A stretch of DNA of 64,000 bases from a virus. A program made the translations under genes and the position numbers. Positions 29,619 through 39,787 of the stretch are shown in pieces. The DNA lies in the IMG/VR virus record IMGVR_UViG_3300031519_006967, positions 36,828-100,827 of that record; one strand, written 5' to 3'. The stretch's first letter is position 1; the number at the start of each line of letters is the position of its first letter. Below the pieces are notes generated by a model. The model ran no database searches, was not told the DNA's origin, and was given only the letters and a program-made list of their open reading frames with translations.

Positions 29619-31169
29619 TTACGCCAAAAGTTCTTCATCATTTTCTGGCAATGGCCCCTTTCTATGTCTGTGTAGCTTTGTCCCTAATATTGTATTATCA
29701 TATTCCTTACTTTGGAAGTAGAATTTGTGGGTTACGCTCATCATCAAATATTGCCCCTCTAATCTATCATCAAAGTCTGTATCATTACTATTTTCTTTTC
29801 TGATAGACATAAATCTCCCAGCCTGTCTTGAGGTTGACCCTTTTGCATCAAATGTTATAGCGGCACCATTCAACAGGCATGATTTAATAATTCTATTACG
29901 ACCAAAGGCGTAACACGATTCCCTGCCCCCAGAACTAAACACGTTTTGTAAATTAGTTCCGTTAGTTTTCCATGTGTTTAGTTGTAATCTAGTGTGGGAG
30001 TCCGGCCCAATCTTTCTAACATATTGTTTATCCTGAAATTCTTTAGCTTTTTGTGGAGTATTATTAATTACGTGGACATTAAACTGACCATATTGGTTAT
30101 TGTATGTATGTACGGGAAATACCGCTATTAAATCTGCGCTATCTACCCCAGACATCTCATTAAATTGATATTGAGCTATTTCGTTTGTTGTGAGTGATCT
30201 AATATTAGTTTCAGCCGGGATCGTTCCTCCCTGGGGGGTTTTTCCAATTGGTATAATATTAGTGGCCGTTTCACTCATATCCATTAGCGTGAATACTTCA
30301 GTTTGATACTTATTCGCCGAAACGGTTCCCGCCTTTTCAAAAAACGATGACAGGGACTCAAACGAAAACAATTTTGTTTTATTTGCTTTTCTTCTATTAT
30401 ATTTTAAGAAACATATGTCATAGTCATCTTCTTTGGAATTTGTATGCGCCATTAGAATATCGTTAGCATCATCAATTAGTTTATAATTAGAGGGAGATGT
30501 GTACATTATAGTATTCTTCTCGTCTCCCGCTGCCCAATCTGGCCCAACCTTTGCTGGGACTTTTTTGGCTAGTTCAGGAGTGGCTTTAAATAATTCTAAT
30601 AGTGCTTCTCCAGTTCTTAAGCTTCGTTCATCGTTGCTTAGTTTGTGGATATCTTCAGCGCCTTCATTGGCACCAACGTTAGCTGTAGTAAATTCTACGT
30701 TCTTCTCAGACATGAGGTGATATTCCTTTTCCCAAAAGTAAAATCTTTTCTTTTTAGTATCAACCGTATACCCCTCTAATTCCTCCACGTCATATAACAC
30801 CCCTTCAAAATATATTTCCCAAACTTCTGGCTTTAGCTCTAGTTGCGGTAATTCAGAATCACCCTGATCGGAAACCTTGGGTATTATTTTAACTCTAATT
30901 ATGTCTCTACCGTCCCCGCGATATTTATAATCTAAATCAATTTCAGGAAGTGGGGTATCATCAAAATTAGGCAATCTTTCGAAGTGGTCATATGCATTAT
31001 CAATGGTTATCCACCCTGATATAAACCAATCCATGAAGGATTCGGTTATAACTAGTTCGGTTATAGCGTTTGATGTTAAGTTTACTTGGGTCTCTCCGTT
31101 GTCGAATTGAACGACCACGTAATGGTCCTGCCCATTAAAATTAATTACCTGTGAGTTATTCTCTTCCAT
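29619..31169 (-). CDS. Baseplate hub protein (gp27-like)
   Basis: LVITESF...ISGWITIDN N-terminus and GSTSRQAGRF...LEGQYLMMSVTHKF C-terminus. Confidence 0.65.
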   Translation of the reverse strand: MEENNSQVINFNGQDHYVVVQFDNGETQVNLTSNAITELVITESFMDWFISGWITIDNAYDHFERLPNFDDTPLPEIDLDYKYRGDGRDIIRVKIIPKVSDQGDSELPQLELKPEVWEIYFEGVLYDVEELEGYTVDTKKKRFYFWEKEYHLMSEKNVEFTTANVGANEGAEDIHKLSNDERSLRTGEALLELFKATPELAKKVPAKVGPDWAAGDEKNTIMYTSPSNYKLIDDANDILMAHTNSKEDDYDICFLKYNRRKANKTKLFSFESLSSFFEKAGTVSANKYQTEVFTLMDMSETATNIIPIGKTPQGGTIPAETNIRSLTTNEIAQYQFNEMSGVDSADLIAVFPVHTYNNQYGQFNVHVINNTPQKAKEFQDKQYVRKIGPDSHTRLQLNTWKTNGTNLQNVFSSGGRESCYAFGRNRIIKSCLLNGAAITFDAKGSTSRQAGRFMSIRKENSNDTDFDDRLEGQYLMMSVTHKFYFQSKEYDNTILGTKLHRHRKGPLPENDEELLA

Positions 31170-31506
31170 TTAAAATTTCACTTAAAATATCGGACACAAC
31201 AAAGTCTTTTAATATTTTTAACTTTGTTCCTGGTTCTGGTAGGGTTAGGGGGTTTTGGATTTCATTTGCAATTACAATCATCCACCATAACTTAGGTTCC
31301 CCGTAGTATTTCTTAGCTAAACTAGTCCAAAACTCCCCCACACTAAAATCATGTAAAGTGTATAGTCCTGCGTCCACATCCCCCACAAAAATACTATTAT
31401 AAAGATTATAATAGTATAGACCATCCTCCGACAATTCTACGGTAAAAATGTTCTCGTAGTTGTATGAGGAAATCCTCTTGAGTTCCGTGATGTCTTTGCG
31501 CTTCAT
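31156..31506 (-). CDS. Baseplate wedge protein (gp53-like, LysM-type)
   Basis: LAKKYYGEPKLWWMIVIANEIQNP...PGTKLKI. Confidence 0.85.
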   Translation of the reverse strand: MKRKDITELKRISSYNYENIFTVELSEDGLYYYNLYNSIFVGDVDAGLYTLHDFSVGEFWTSLAKKYYGEPKLWWMIVIANEIQNPLTLPEPGTKLKILKDFVVSDILSEILNGRE

Positions 31507-31514
31507 ATTGTTAT

Positions 31515-33425
31515 TTACCCACCAACTGCCACCCTTCCAGCGTTTCTTTGAGCTACTGTTGGAACATCACGGGATGTATAGTATGTGTTATTAGTAACAA
31601 CTGTTTCGCCCCCCACTGGAATTCCGTTCACGGCGTTAACAACGTTTGCCATGACTACTCCCGCTCCGGTATTAATCTGATTTCCAAGCGCAAATAGAAG
31701 TTCACTCAAGTCATCCTTCAAGTCTTGTCTTCTCTTATTGTATTGCACATCTGCCTCCTTAAGTTTATTATTATTAATTTCGGATGAACTGGATGCTTCA
31801 ACATTGTCAGGGTTAATTGATGATCGCCCTAAAACAAAGTTCATCTTATCAATTATTTTAACCATGTTACCTAAGTCTCCATCTTCCTCAAGTCCTTTCA
31901 GACCCTTCCCAAAGTTGGTTGCTCCCATTTTGCCGCCAAACCATCCATCTTCGGCTGGACCACCATTATATAACGCTTCAAAAAATGGTATTGCATCGCC
32001 CATATTCTTAGCCATCTTCTCAAAGTTAAAATCATCCATCCCTCCCCCAATTGCCGCTCCAAACGAACCTAATGAGTCACCAATAAGTGCGATGGCATCT
32101 GCCCCTTCTTTTAACTTGGGGCCATTCTCAGCAAGTTCTAAGAGTGCTGCCATTGGTGTGTTCTCGCCACTCATCCATGATATTATAGATGTTCCTACAT
32201 TCGTTAGTGAAGACCAAAGGTTTTGTTTTGCGATCTTACCCAATCCACTCGATATTTTGCCCATCACCTTTTCAAATGCTACCGCCGATTCCATATTAGC
32301 ATTATCACCAATAGTTAATAATATACCAACCTCTCTCACAATTCGTTCTACTTGACTCTCCTTAGTGAAGAATGAAATTGCTCCAGTTATTCCCGCTACC
32401 ATACCCTCCGCTGCCTTACCCCCTCCAAATATAGCTAAGCCAGCACCAATACCCATCATCATAGTGAAGAATGTTCCAGTCTTGGAAAACGTCTCTTCCT
32501 TACCTCCCAGCAGCTCACTAATACTTAATAGTGTTACAACGCTCTTCACAATACTTTCGGCCCATTTTGGATTGGCCATTTTCGTTATACCATCTGCTAA
32601 CCCGGCAACACCCGAAGCAACACTAAATACCGCTAAGCCAGCACTAATACCCACCATGCTAAGGTAAAATGCTCCAGTCTCTTTAAGCAGTTCCCCTTTA
32701 CCCCCAACTTCCTCTGATATTGATAGTAGTGTTACAACGCTATCCACAATACTTTTGGCCCATTTTGGATTGCCCATTTTTAATAGACCATCTGCTAACC
32801 CAGCAACACCCGAACCAATACCAAATACCGCTAACCCCAATCCAATACCCGCCATGCTAAGGACAAATGCTCCACCCTCTTTAAGCATTTCCCCTTTACC
32901 CCCAACTTCATCTGATATTGATAGTAGTGTTACAACGTTATCTTTAATTTTATCTGCGTCAAATTCGCCAAATTTACTAAAAATCGATATAATCCCGCCA
33001 ATAGCTGCTCCTGCAATACCTAGCCCTGCTGCTGCTTTACCTACTCCTCCCCCTATGCTAGATATTTTACCTTGGTTTTTCCCGCCCATCGCATCCAGCA
33101 CATTTTTATCAATACTTTTAATATTTACGTTGATTACTTTAGCACTTAACCCTGATTCTCTTGGTGCGGCACTCCGAGCTACTGCCGCAGATGCACCACC
33201 AGTTCCAGTTCCACTAAGTTCAGGTAGTTTAAGTTTGCCTAGAGCCTTTTGAAATTTGGTCGTGTCTATATCTCCAAAGATACTTTCAATAATATCTCCA
33301 CTGGTTATATCCTCTAGTGCATCGTGAAGAGGCTGAATAGAGTCTTCCAATAAAGTCTTAAAGAAGTGCTTCTCTCCGTAGTTTTTACGTACGTATTCCT
33401 CAAATTCAAAGAAAAAGTCTTGCAT
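31515..33425 (-). CDS. Tape-measure-like protein with 66-aa repeats
   Basis: Ala/Gly-rich amphipathic repeats; lies among baseplate genes. Confidence 0.6.
   Translation of the reverse strand: MQDFFFEFEEYVRKNYGEKHFFKTLLEDSIQPLHDALEDITSGDIIESIFGDIDTTKFQKALGKLKLPELSGTGTGGASAAVARSAAPRESGLSAKVINVNIKSIDKNVLDAMGGKNQGKISSIGGGVGKAAAGLGIAGAAIGGIISIFSKFGEFDADKIKDNVVTLLSISDEVGGKGEMLKEGGAFVLSMAGIGLGLAVFGIGSGVAGLADGLLKMGNPKWAKSIVDSVVTLLSISEEVGGKGELLKETGAFYLSMVGISAGLAVFSVASGVAGLADGITKMANPKWAESIVKSVVTLLSISELLGGKEETFSKTGTFFTMMMGIGAGLAIFGGGKAAEGMVAGITGAISFFTKESQVERIVREVGILLTIGDNANMESAVAFEKVMGKISSGLGKIAKQNLWSSLTNVGTSIISWMSGENTPMAALLELAENGPKLKEGADAIALIGDSLGSFGAAIGGGMDDFNFEKMAKNMGDAIPFFEALYNGGPAEDGWFGGKMGATNFGKGLKGLEEDGDLGNMVKIIDKMNFVLGRSSINPDNVEASSSSEINNNKLKEADVQYNKRRQDLKDDLSELLFALGNQINTGAGVVMANVVNAVNGIPVGGETVVTNNTYYTSRDVPTVAQRNAGRVAVGG
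32420..32940 (-). repeat. Intragenic tandem repeat, 198-bp period, about 2.5 copies
   Basis: TAGTGTTACAACG recurs at 32529, 32727 and 32925. Confidence 0.85.
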
Positions 33426-33451
33426 ATAGACTACTTATTATAAATCTAAGT

Positions 33452-34255
33452 TTAAGATGCCATGAAAAATGTGTTATCTATTGATATCGCCTCTTCATAC
33501 TCTTCACCATCCTTAGTGAATTTGAATGTAATAACATCCATTGCCTCTTTACCAAAATGTGAATCAATAGTAGATACCACTTCCCTTGTGAACTTAGATA
33601 ATAGAGACTGTCCAATTTGAATTTTCTCTGCTAGTGGGAGAGTTCTGAATGGAATTTCCGTCTCTTTTATTGTTACAGTCTCAATGTAACGTAAAATATT
33701 AATCATATAGAATGTACTGATCATTCCCCGTAGTCCCTTCTCATCATTATTTTTGATTTGGGAAGCTGCTTGAGCCAGATACATTTCAAATTCTAGGTCT
33801 TGAGCAATGGAAGGAACACTTAATGTTGATTTATATTCACCCACTTCGATTTCTTTTGGCGTGGGGTGTTTCACCTTCCCGATTTTCTCCATATGCTTAG
33901 ATAGGGATATAGTTTTTTCGAATTTGTTGTCATCCGCATCCTTCAATTGAACTGTATAGTCATCTTGAATATTTTCAATGCGAACTGCAAGGGCAATTAA
34001 CATTTTATCAAATGTGGTTAATTCATTAATGTTCAACTCAGGGGGCAGGATGGTTGGAATCATCTGCCCAAACTTCACATTTGTCTCATTTGAATAAATT
34101 GGACTGTCCACCAAGGCTTTAACCAAGTTCTTTTGGTCGTTGGCATTTAGGGGCAGTAGTTGATATGTTTCACTCTTTGACGGAATGTATACATCATACT
34201 TGGCATCTTGTTTAGTTTCTTCAATTAAAGTTAAAATCTCGTTTACGTTGGACAT
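33452..34255 (-). CDS. Baseplate hub assembly protein (gp26-like)
   Basis: YDVYIPS...PLNANDQKNL, LTTFDKMLIALAVR. Confidence 0.65.
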   Translation of the reverse strand: MSNVNEILTLIEETKQDAKYDVYIPSKSETYQLLPLNANDQKNLVKALVDSPIYSNETNVKFGQMIPTILPPELNINELTTFDKMLIALAVRIENIQDDYTVQLKDADDNKFEKTISLSKHMEKIGKVKHPTPKEIEVGEYKSTLSVPSIAQDLEFEMYLAQAASQIKNNDEKGLRGMISTFYMINILRYIETVTIKETEIPFRTLPLAEKIQIGQSLLSKFTREVVSTIDSHFGKEAMDVITFKFTKDGEEYEEAISIDNTFFMAS

Positions 34256-34290
34256 ACAGGTATTTACACGCTATATCATTTATAGGCAAG

Positions 34291-35274
34291 TTAAAATCCA
34301 AATTCTTTACTAGGTGATTCCACTCCATCAAACCCATGCTCTGACCCAATTGCAGTCATTTCTTGACCACTTTGACTTCTCTCGCTTTGTTCTTTCTCTG
34401 TTTTCTTTTCTTCAATAATAAATTTAAGCATGGTGGTTCGTTCTTTGGGTGTTAGGTCTTCCACGTAGTATGAGTCTACGTGACCGTAACGCGCAAGGTA
34501 GAAAATCTCCCTCAGAATCTCAACTGGAGATTCTTGGAACATCAACTTAACCAAATCATTAACATTTATTAGAGATAAGTTTAATTCGAATGGGTTGCAT
34601 GTTTCTCCTGTGGGGCAGGGAATGTTCATTATACTAGGACTAAGAGTTTCAGCCGTGGGTGTAACAAACTTATTCTGAACTTCCTTAATAATTTTTAATG
34701 GAATTTTAGATAGAATTAATCCCGCAGAATCCGCAGGAATTTCTTTTAATTTACATTCAACCCCCCGTAGTGATAATGTGTCTATGTGCGCAAGGGTGTG
34801 GTATGAGTACACGTTCTCCATAGAGTTCTGTTGGATGTGTTTATCTTGCAACACCCGCAAAAGCTCATACTCATTTTGCAGTGTGGGCATACTACAACTA
34901 AATATGTAATCACCAACGGATATAATTGCTTTATATTCCTTATCCAACACATCAATATTATTTTCAATAACTTCATTTAAATCAATATTTCCTTTGAATG
35001 TGGCTCCGCATGTAGGACATTCCATAGACAAGTCAATACTAGTATCAATACATCGCATCCGAAGATAGGTGCAAATAATATACTTGTCTATCAATGTTAA
35101 ATTTTTGAAATCTAATTCATCTACACATAACTCCTCAATAATATTATTTAGGGTGAATAGAAATTCTAGGGGTTCATCCGTCAACTTTGATAGTTGCTTT
35201 TGGTGGGAGGTTTTAAACTCACCAAATCTTTTATAATCCTGTAGAGACGGTATCCATATTAAATAAGATGTCAT
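34291..35274 (-). CDS. Baseplate hub assembly protein (gp26/gp51-like), Zn-binding
   Basis: LTLIDKYIICTYLR, CPTC, C-terminal VEDLTPKER. Confidence 0.65.
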   Translation of the reverse strand: MTSYLIWIPSLQDYKRFGEFKTSHQKQLSKLTDEPLEFLFTLNNIIEELCVDELDFKNLTLIDKYIICTYLRMRCIDTSIDLSMECPTCGATFKGNIDLNEVIENNIDVLDKEYKAIISVGDYIFSCSMPTLQNEYELLRVLQDKHIQQNSMENVYSYHTLAHIDTLSLRGVECKLKEIPADSAGLILSKIPLKIIKEVQNKFVTPTAETLSPSIMNIPCPTGETCNPFELNLSLINVNDLVKLMFQESPVEILREIFYLARYGHVDSYYVEDLTPKERTTMLKFIIEEKKTEKEQSERSQSGQEMTAIGSEHGFDGVESPSKEFGF

Positions 35275-35289
35275 ATATTTAATTACCAC

Positions 35290-36066
35290 TTAGGCGTTAC
35301 CAGATCCAACAGTATAATAATTATAGGTAAATGTTACTTGTCTTTTATTGATTCCCGATCCACCATCACTAACTAGATCATCAGAACTAATTGAAGTTGG
35401 TACAGCATCAAAGAAGTGAAATTCTTTTCTTACCACTGATGGTGCGCAGTCTCCATACCCATTCCCATCTTTAGCTAATTGGTATAGGTGGATGTTAGAT
35501 TTTATACTTCCACCCCAATAGTTTGCATTCGATGGTGAGGATAGTCCACCATCATCTGCGATTAATCCTTTATAACCAGATACAATATTCCACGGTCTCA
35601 ATAGAAAATCAGTAAATGATAAATTAGTCTCTCTAAATCCGAGTTCTAAATCTCCCAACTCCGCTCGCATACCCATGCTTTTTCCTTTTAGGTGACCGCC
35701 TCTACCGCCACCTACGCCTTCTACCGAAACGGTTTCACCTGGAACCCTAACACTATCAGCAAAAATACAACCAATAGTATCTTGCGTCTGTTCGTTGAAT
35801 AGAGCATTCAATTCACGATCAGACACTTTCCATTTTCCTTTAGTTTCTGGTTCGATGTTCCCCACCTCTAATACGGATTTCATTAGGTGGTTTTTATCCT
35901 GCGCATCAATTACAACTACCCAGAAAAATGACATAGCAACACCATACGCCCACTCACACAACATGGAGTGAAAATAGGGAATGTGTTGACCCGTTATTGA
36001 TGGTCTTATATTCGGGCAATTTGTATCATACCATCTTGGTAGCATTAATCCACAGTTACTAATCAT
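35290..36066 (-). CDS. Tail-tube-like baseplate/tube junction protein (gp54/gp48-like)
   Basis: SVRVPGE, LELGFRET, FFDAVPTSI, VTFTYNYY tube-fold pattern. Confidence 0.65.
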   Translation of the reverse strand: MISNCGLMLPRWYDTNCPNIRPSITGQHIPYFHSMLCEWAYGVAMSFFWVVVIDAQDKNHLMKSVLEVGNIEPETKGKWKVSDRELNALFNEQTQDTIGCIFADSVRVPGETVSVEGVGGGRGGHLKGKSMGMRAELGDLELGFRETNLSFTDFLLRPWNIVSGYKGLIADDGGLSSPSNANYWGGSIKSNIHLYQLAKDGNGYGDCAPSVVRKEFHFFDAVPTSISSDDLVSDGGSGINKRQVTFTYNYYTVGSGNA

Positions 36067-36078
36067 AATAGTATTTAC

Positions 36079-36477
36079 TTAGTTTCCGTTTTCTAAGTCC
36101 CTCATGATTTTCTCTCGGTCGTCCTTAAGCTTTCGAGTTACACCTCGATCAGTGTGATTTGAACTATATGGTCGTTTTCCTTTAGGTAAAGTTCTTTGAG
36201 AGGTATTGGTCATTGGTTTAATTCCATTTTTATTGGCATACACTGGTTTCGAGTCGGGTCTCTTAGAATGAACACCAGTTTCGTTACCTGTTACCTTATT
36301 TGATGGTCTAATATGAGCAGCGTGTTTTTTGAGTTGTCTAGCCTGTGCGCGAGCGTGGGCAAGGTCTCGTTGCTTGCCGCCCTTTCTACCCATACCAGGA
36401 AGCTTATTTCTTTTCTTGCTTCCCACTAAGGTTTCGTGTAGTATATTCTCATACACCTGATTAAACTTTCTGGTCAT
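36079..36477 (-). CDS. Highly basic protein with CTS-like N-terminus (possible internal head protein)
   Basis: MTRKFNQVYENILHE followed by a K/R-rich body. Confidence 0.55.
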   Translation of the reverse strand: MTRKFNQVYENILHETLVGSKKRNKLPGMGRKGGKQRDLAHARAQARQLKKHAAHIRPSNKVTGNETGVHSKRPDSKPVYANKNGIKPMTNTSQRTLPKGKRPYSSNHTDRGVTRKLKDDREKIMRDLENGN

Positions 36478-36487
36478 ACAATTACTT

Positions 36488-37492
36488 ATGATTCAACTAC
36501 CAATAGAATATACGACTTCATACTTTTTTGAATACGCGGGATATCCTGATAAAACCGCTACTGGGTATAGGGCATCATGCCCAATGTGCATGGAAGGAAA
36601 ATCATGGGGAGAGAAGAAACGATTATATTACTTCCCAAATGATAGGTATTTCTTCTGCCATAATGGGTGTGGGTCTTTTTCTGATTATTATTGGGTAAAG
36701 ACAGTATCGGGTAAACAATTCTCCGAAATTAAAGAAGAGATTGAAGTTGGGTATGATACTTCTGAATTTCAATACGAACATGTTACCATAGATAATGAGA
36801 AATCTCTGATTGCGCCTCAACCACTGCCAAAAGATTCAATAAATCTTATGGATAAGACCCAATTATTATTTTATAAGGATAACTACTGGGTGAAGCAAGC
36901 AGTCGCGTTTTTGCGTAGGCGACAGATATTAAAGGCTGAATATAGGCCCAAGGCGTTTTACTTGTCCCTCAATGACTATGTACATAAGAATCGGCTGACC
37001 ATCCCCTTCTACGACGAAAATGGACAAGTGGAATTCTACCAGAGTAGAGCGTTGTCCGCCAAACAAGAGGGCTTTGCTAAATTTTTATCTAAGCTAAATT
37101 CTGATAAATCTATTTTTAATTTAGACCGAATTGATTATGAGTTAGATTATATCTTTATAATGGAGGGCGCTATTGACGCGATGTTCCTTCCTAACGCTGT
37201 GGCTATTTCTGGTGTATATTTGACCGATTACCAAGACGAATTGTTGAGGAGGCACTGCCCATTCTTAAAGAAGGTTTGGGTCTTCGACAATCCTAAAATA
37301 GACGATACTGGCCGAGAGAAGATGGTAGAGATGGCTATAAACTCCACGGATTTATTTTTCACATGGAGCGACATATTTGAGAACTATAAAGATTTGAATG
37401 ACTATTGTGTAAACGAAAACGTCTGGAGTATTAATCCAGACGAAATCATAAATCGATCCTTTGTAGGTTCAAAGGCACTTGTAAAAATCTAA
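36488..37492 (+). CDS. DNA primase (T4 gp61-like)
   Basis: Zn finger CPMC...CHNGC, TOPRIM MEGAIDAMF, VFDN, KDLND. Confidence 0.92.
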   Translation: MIQLPIEYTTSYFFEYAGYPDKTATGYRASCPMCMEGKSWGEKKRLYYFPNDRYFFCHNGCGSFSDYYWVKTVSGKQFSEIKEEIEVGYDTSEFQYEHVTIDNEKSLIAPQPLPKDSINLMDKTQLLFYKDNYWVKQAVAFLRRRQILKAEYRPKAFYLSLNDYVHKNRLTIPFYDENGQVEFYQSRALSAKQEGFAKFLSKLNSDKSIFNLDRIDYELDYIFIMEGAIDAMFLPNAVAISGVYLTDYQDELLRRHCPFLKKVWVFDNPKIDDTGREKMVEMAINSTDLFFTWSDIFENYKDLNDYCVNENVWSINPDEIINRSFVGSKALVKI

Positions 37493-37495
37493 TTC

Positions 37496-38095
37496 TTACA
37501 TTTCATCGTATACTGGTAATTCATCGTTATCTACCCCATCACGTCCAAATTTCTCAACTTCAGCGTCTTCCATGTCCTTACTAACCACTTCTTCGACGAA
37601 ATCGTTGATTCCTTCTTTCATGTCATCCAACGCCCCTTCCGTTTTTTTGAATGTGTCTGCAAAGTTTTCCAAGTTGGATACTAAGGTCTTGAATGCTGAG
37701 CTTTTAACGGGGTCAGCCGCAATAAATCCAGCAATAATTGCTTTAGGATTGTCTGCCCCAACTTCGTTTTTAGCACCTATAAATACTTCAATACCTTTAA
37801 CGTATTTATAAACAGAGTTAACATCGTCTTTAATTTCTGATAGTGTTTTCGCTTCTAGAGAAGCATCATCTAAAGTGTCTGCAAACTCTGACATTTTTTT
37901 ATTAAATGATTCTTTGACTGCTGCAATAGCATCTTTCAATCCGTTAACTTCAAATTCTTCGGGATCGGTGTCAACCTCTAACCCATTGTCAAATTCTTCG
38001 GAGTCTGCCATTCCATCATATTGTGGATTTCCGTAAGAACTTGTATCTTCTTCTGTAAGTAATAGTGTGTTAAATCTGTTTTTAAACGATTTCAT
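37496..38095 (-). CDS. Acidic helical protein with CTS-like N-terminus
   Basis: MKSFKNRFNTLLLTE; TAAATA 5 nt upstream. Confidence 0.65.
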   Translation of the reverse strand: MKSFKNRFNTLLLTEEDTSSYGNPQYDGMADSEEFDNGLEVDTDPEEFEVNGLKDAIAAVKESFNKKMSEFADTLDDASLEAKTLSEIKDDVNSVYKYVKGIEVFIGAKNEVGADNPKAIIAGFIAADPVKSSAFKTLVSNLENFADTFKKTEGALDDMKEGINDFVEEVVSKDMEDAEVEKFGRDGVDNDELPVYDEM

Positions 38096-38141
38096 AATCT
38101 TATTTATTGATTTATGTGTTCTTTTCTGGTAAATTGTCAGT

Positions 38142-39101
38142 ATGGATGTAAATTTTCAACGGGCGAGAAAAACATATAAGGGCGATATTATCGTTACGAC
38201 GACGTTAACTAATTCATCAGGAGAAAAGACGCAAGACTTTATCAGTGTCGATGGCGCGTGGGCATTCTACCCATCGGGAGTTGTGTTAGCAAAAACCACG
38301 GAAGATATGGTGTTGGTATCTCAACTAGATGCAATTGTTATATCTGAACGGTTAGAGATGTTGGCGGATAATTCGCCTATAATTATTGCTGAGACGAAAC
38401 CAGTTGAAGCGGTGAGTTACCACATACAAGGTAAGCCAGTAGTGTTTGTGGCTTGTTCATCAGACGAATCTCCCATGGGAATTGATGCAGCATTCGACAA
38501 GTTGTCCAACATCACAACTGAATATAATGGATCAGTTAAACCCGTTGAAGTTATACGTGTTCATAATAATAGGACTGGATTGAGCGAGGTGTATAATACA
38601 TATTTAACAGAGGAATATAGAGATCACTTAGTGGTGTTTGTCCACGACGATGTTCATTTAGATGATGGGTTTGTAGTGGAAAAACTACATGAGGCTCACG
38701 AAAAATTTGATGTGGTGGGTCTAGCAGGTGGAAATAATCCAAATTTCGCTCCAACTGGACCACCCCTATGGCACCTTATGACTACGGACCATACTGGATT
38801 TGTTTCTCATATATTCCCTGACGGTAGGACCAATATGTCAGTATTTGGGGACTCTAAAAAACCTGCTGACCTTTTAGATGGTTTACTTATTAGCGTTGAT
38901 GTTACCTCTGTATTAGACGCTGGTGTGACGTTTGATGAAGACTTCGACTTTCATTTTTATGATTTGGCGTTCTGTTTTCGAGCCAAGAGAGCGGGATTGA
39001 CATTAGGAACTTGGCCTATTTTTGTTAGACATGAAGGATTGGGTCAACCAGATGCTAGATGGCATGAACTAGCTCCAACATTTATTGAGAGGTATAAATA
39101 A
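38142..39101 (+). CDS. GT-A (family 2-like) glycosyltransferase
   Basis: GLSEVYN, VFVHDDV, VVGLAG, LDGLL, FDEDFDFHFYD. Confidence 0.8.
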   Translation: MDVNFQRARKTYKGDIIVTTTLTNSSGEKTQDFISVDGAWAFYPSGVVLAKTTEDMVLVSQLDAIVISERLEMLADNSPIIIAETKPVEAVSYHIQGKPVVFVACSSDESPMGIDAAFDKLSNITTEYNGSVKPVEVIRVHNNRTGLSEVYNTYLTEEYRDHLVVFVHDDVHLDDGFVVEKLHEAHEKFDVVGLAGGNNPNFAPTGPPLWHLMTTDHTGFVSHIFPDGRTNMSVFGDSKKPADLLDGLLISVDVTSVLDAGVTFDEDFDFHFYDLAFCFRAKRAGLTLGTWPIFVRHEGLGQPDARWHELAPTFIERYK

Positions 39102-39105
39102 TATT

Positions 39106-39318
39106 ATGAAATCATTTACAGAATCTACAAAGCCAGCACAAATAGCAAACGACCTAGCAACTCTAGATAATGAAACAATCGCAAAGATTTTCCTATCAGT
39201 GTTGAAAACTCGACCAGATAGTATTATATTGAAAGGTATAGATAAAACCCTACAAGATAGGCTATCTTTGTTGGATGTTGATAATGTTAGTGATGATGGA
39301 CAACAAGAAATGTTTTAA
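39106..39318 (+). CDS. Hypothetical protein
   Basis: TATAAATA 5 nt upstream; ends QQEMF. Confidence 0.6.
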   Translation: MKSFTESTKPAQIANDLATLDNETIAKIFLSVLKTRPDSIILKGIDKTLQDRLSLLDVDNVSDDGQQEMF

Positions 39319-39752
39319 TGAATTTAGACGAATTATTAAGCCAAAGATTACACGCATTAGCAGATACTCCCAGCCCATTAGGTAATGTGTTATTTGCCGA
39401 GAACCCATCGCTGGATCAGGTTCAGTGTATTTGGGATATACCATTTGCCACGGGAACTGAGGCAGTATTATTTCAGAAAATATATTTAACCATAATTGCT
39501 TCCCTATTTTTCGATCATACCTCCATATCATCACAAGTTGATGGGTTGGATATTTTAGTGAACGTTAAGGATGGAGATGGGTATTTTAAATTAGTGGAGT
39601 CTCATTTATGGAGTTATGGAAACCATTACAAGGGTCAAATTATTATGAATTTATTGGTTCGCCCTACAAAATTGGAAGGATTTTTGGACCAATGTAAAAC
39701 TATGTTTTACAAAACATTAGAAGAGATAAACGAAGAGAATTTAAAAATATAA
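39318..39752 (+). CDS. Hypothetical protein
   Basis: 144-aa ORF whose start overlaps the previous stop. Confidence 0.65.
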   Translation: MNLDELLSQRLHALADTPSPLGNVLFAENPSLDQVQCIWDIPFATGTEAVLFQKIYLTIIASLFFDHTSISSQVDGLDILVNVKDGDGYFKLVESHLWSYGNHYKGQIIMNLLVRPTKLEGFLDQCKTMFYKTLEEINEENLKI

Positions 39753-39787
39753 AATATAGAAAGACGTAAAAAGGTATAAATAAAACT

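Noticed and set aside
32420-32940. Diversity-generating retroelement TR/VR pair
   Set aside because: The repeats are tandem and in frame within one gene, differences are not adenine-specific, and no reverse transcriptase is present
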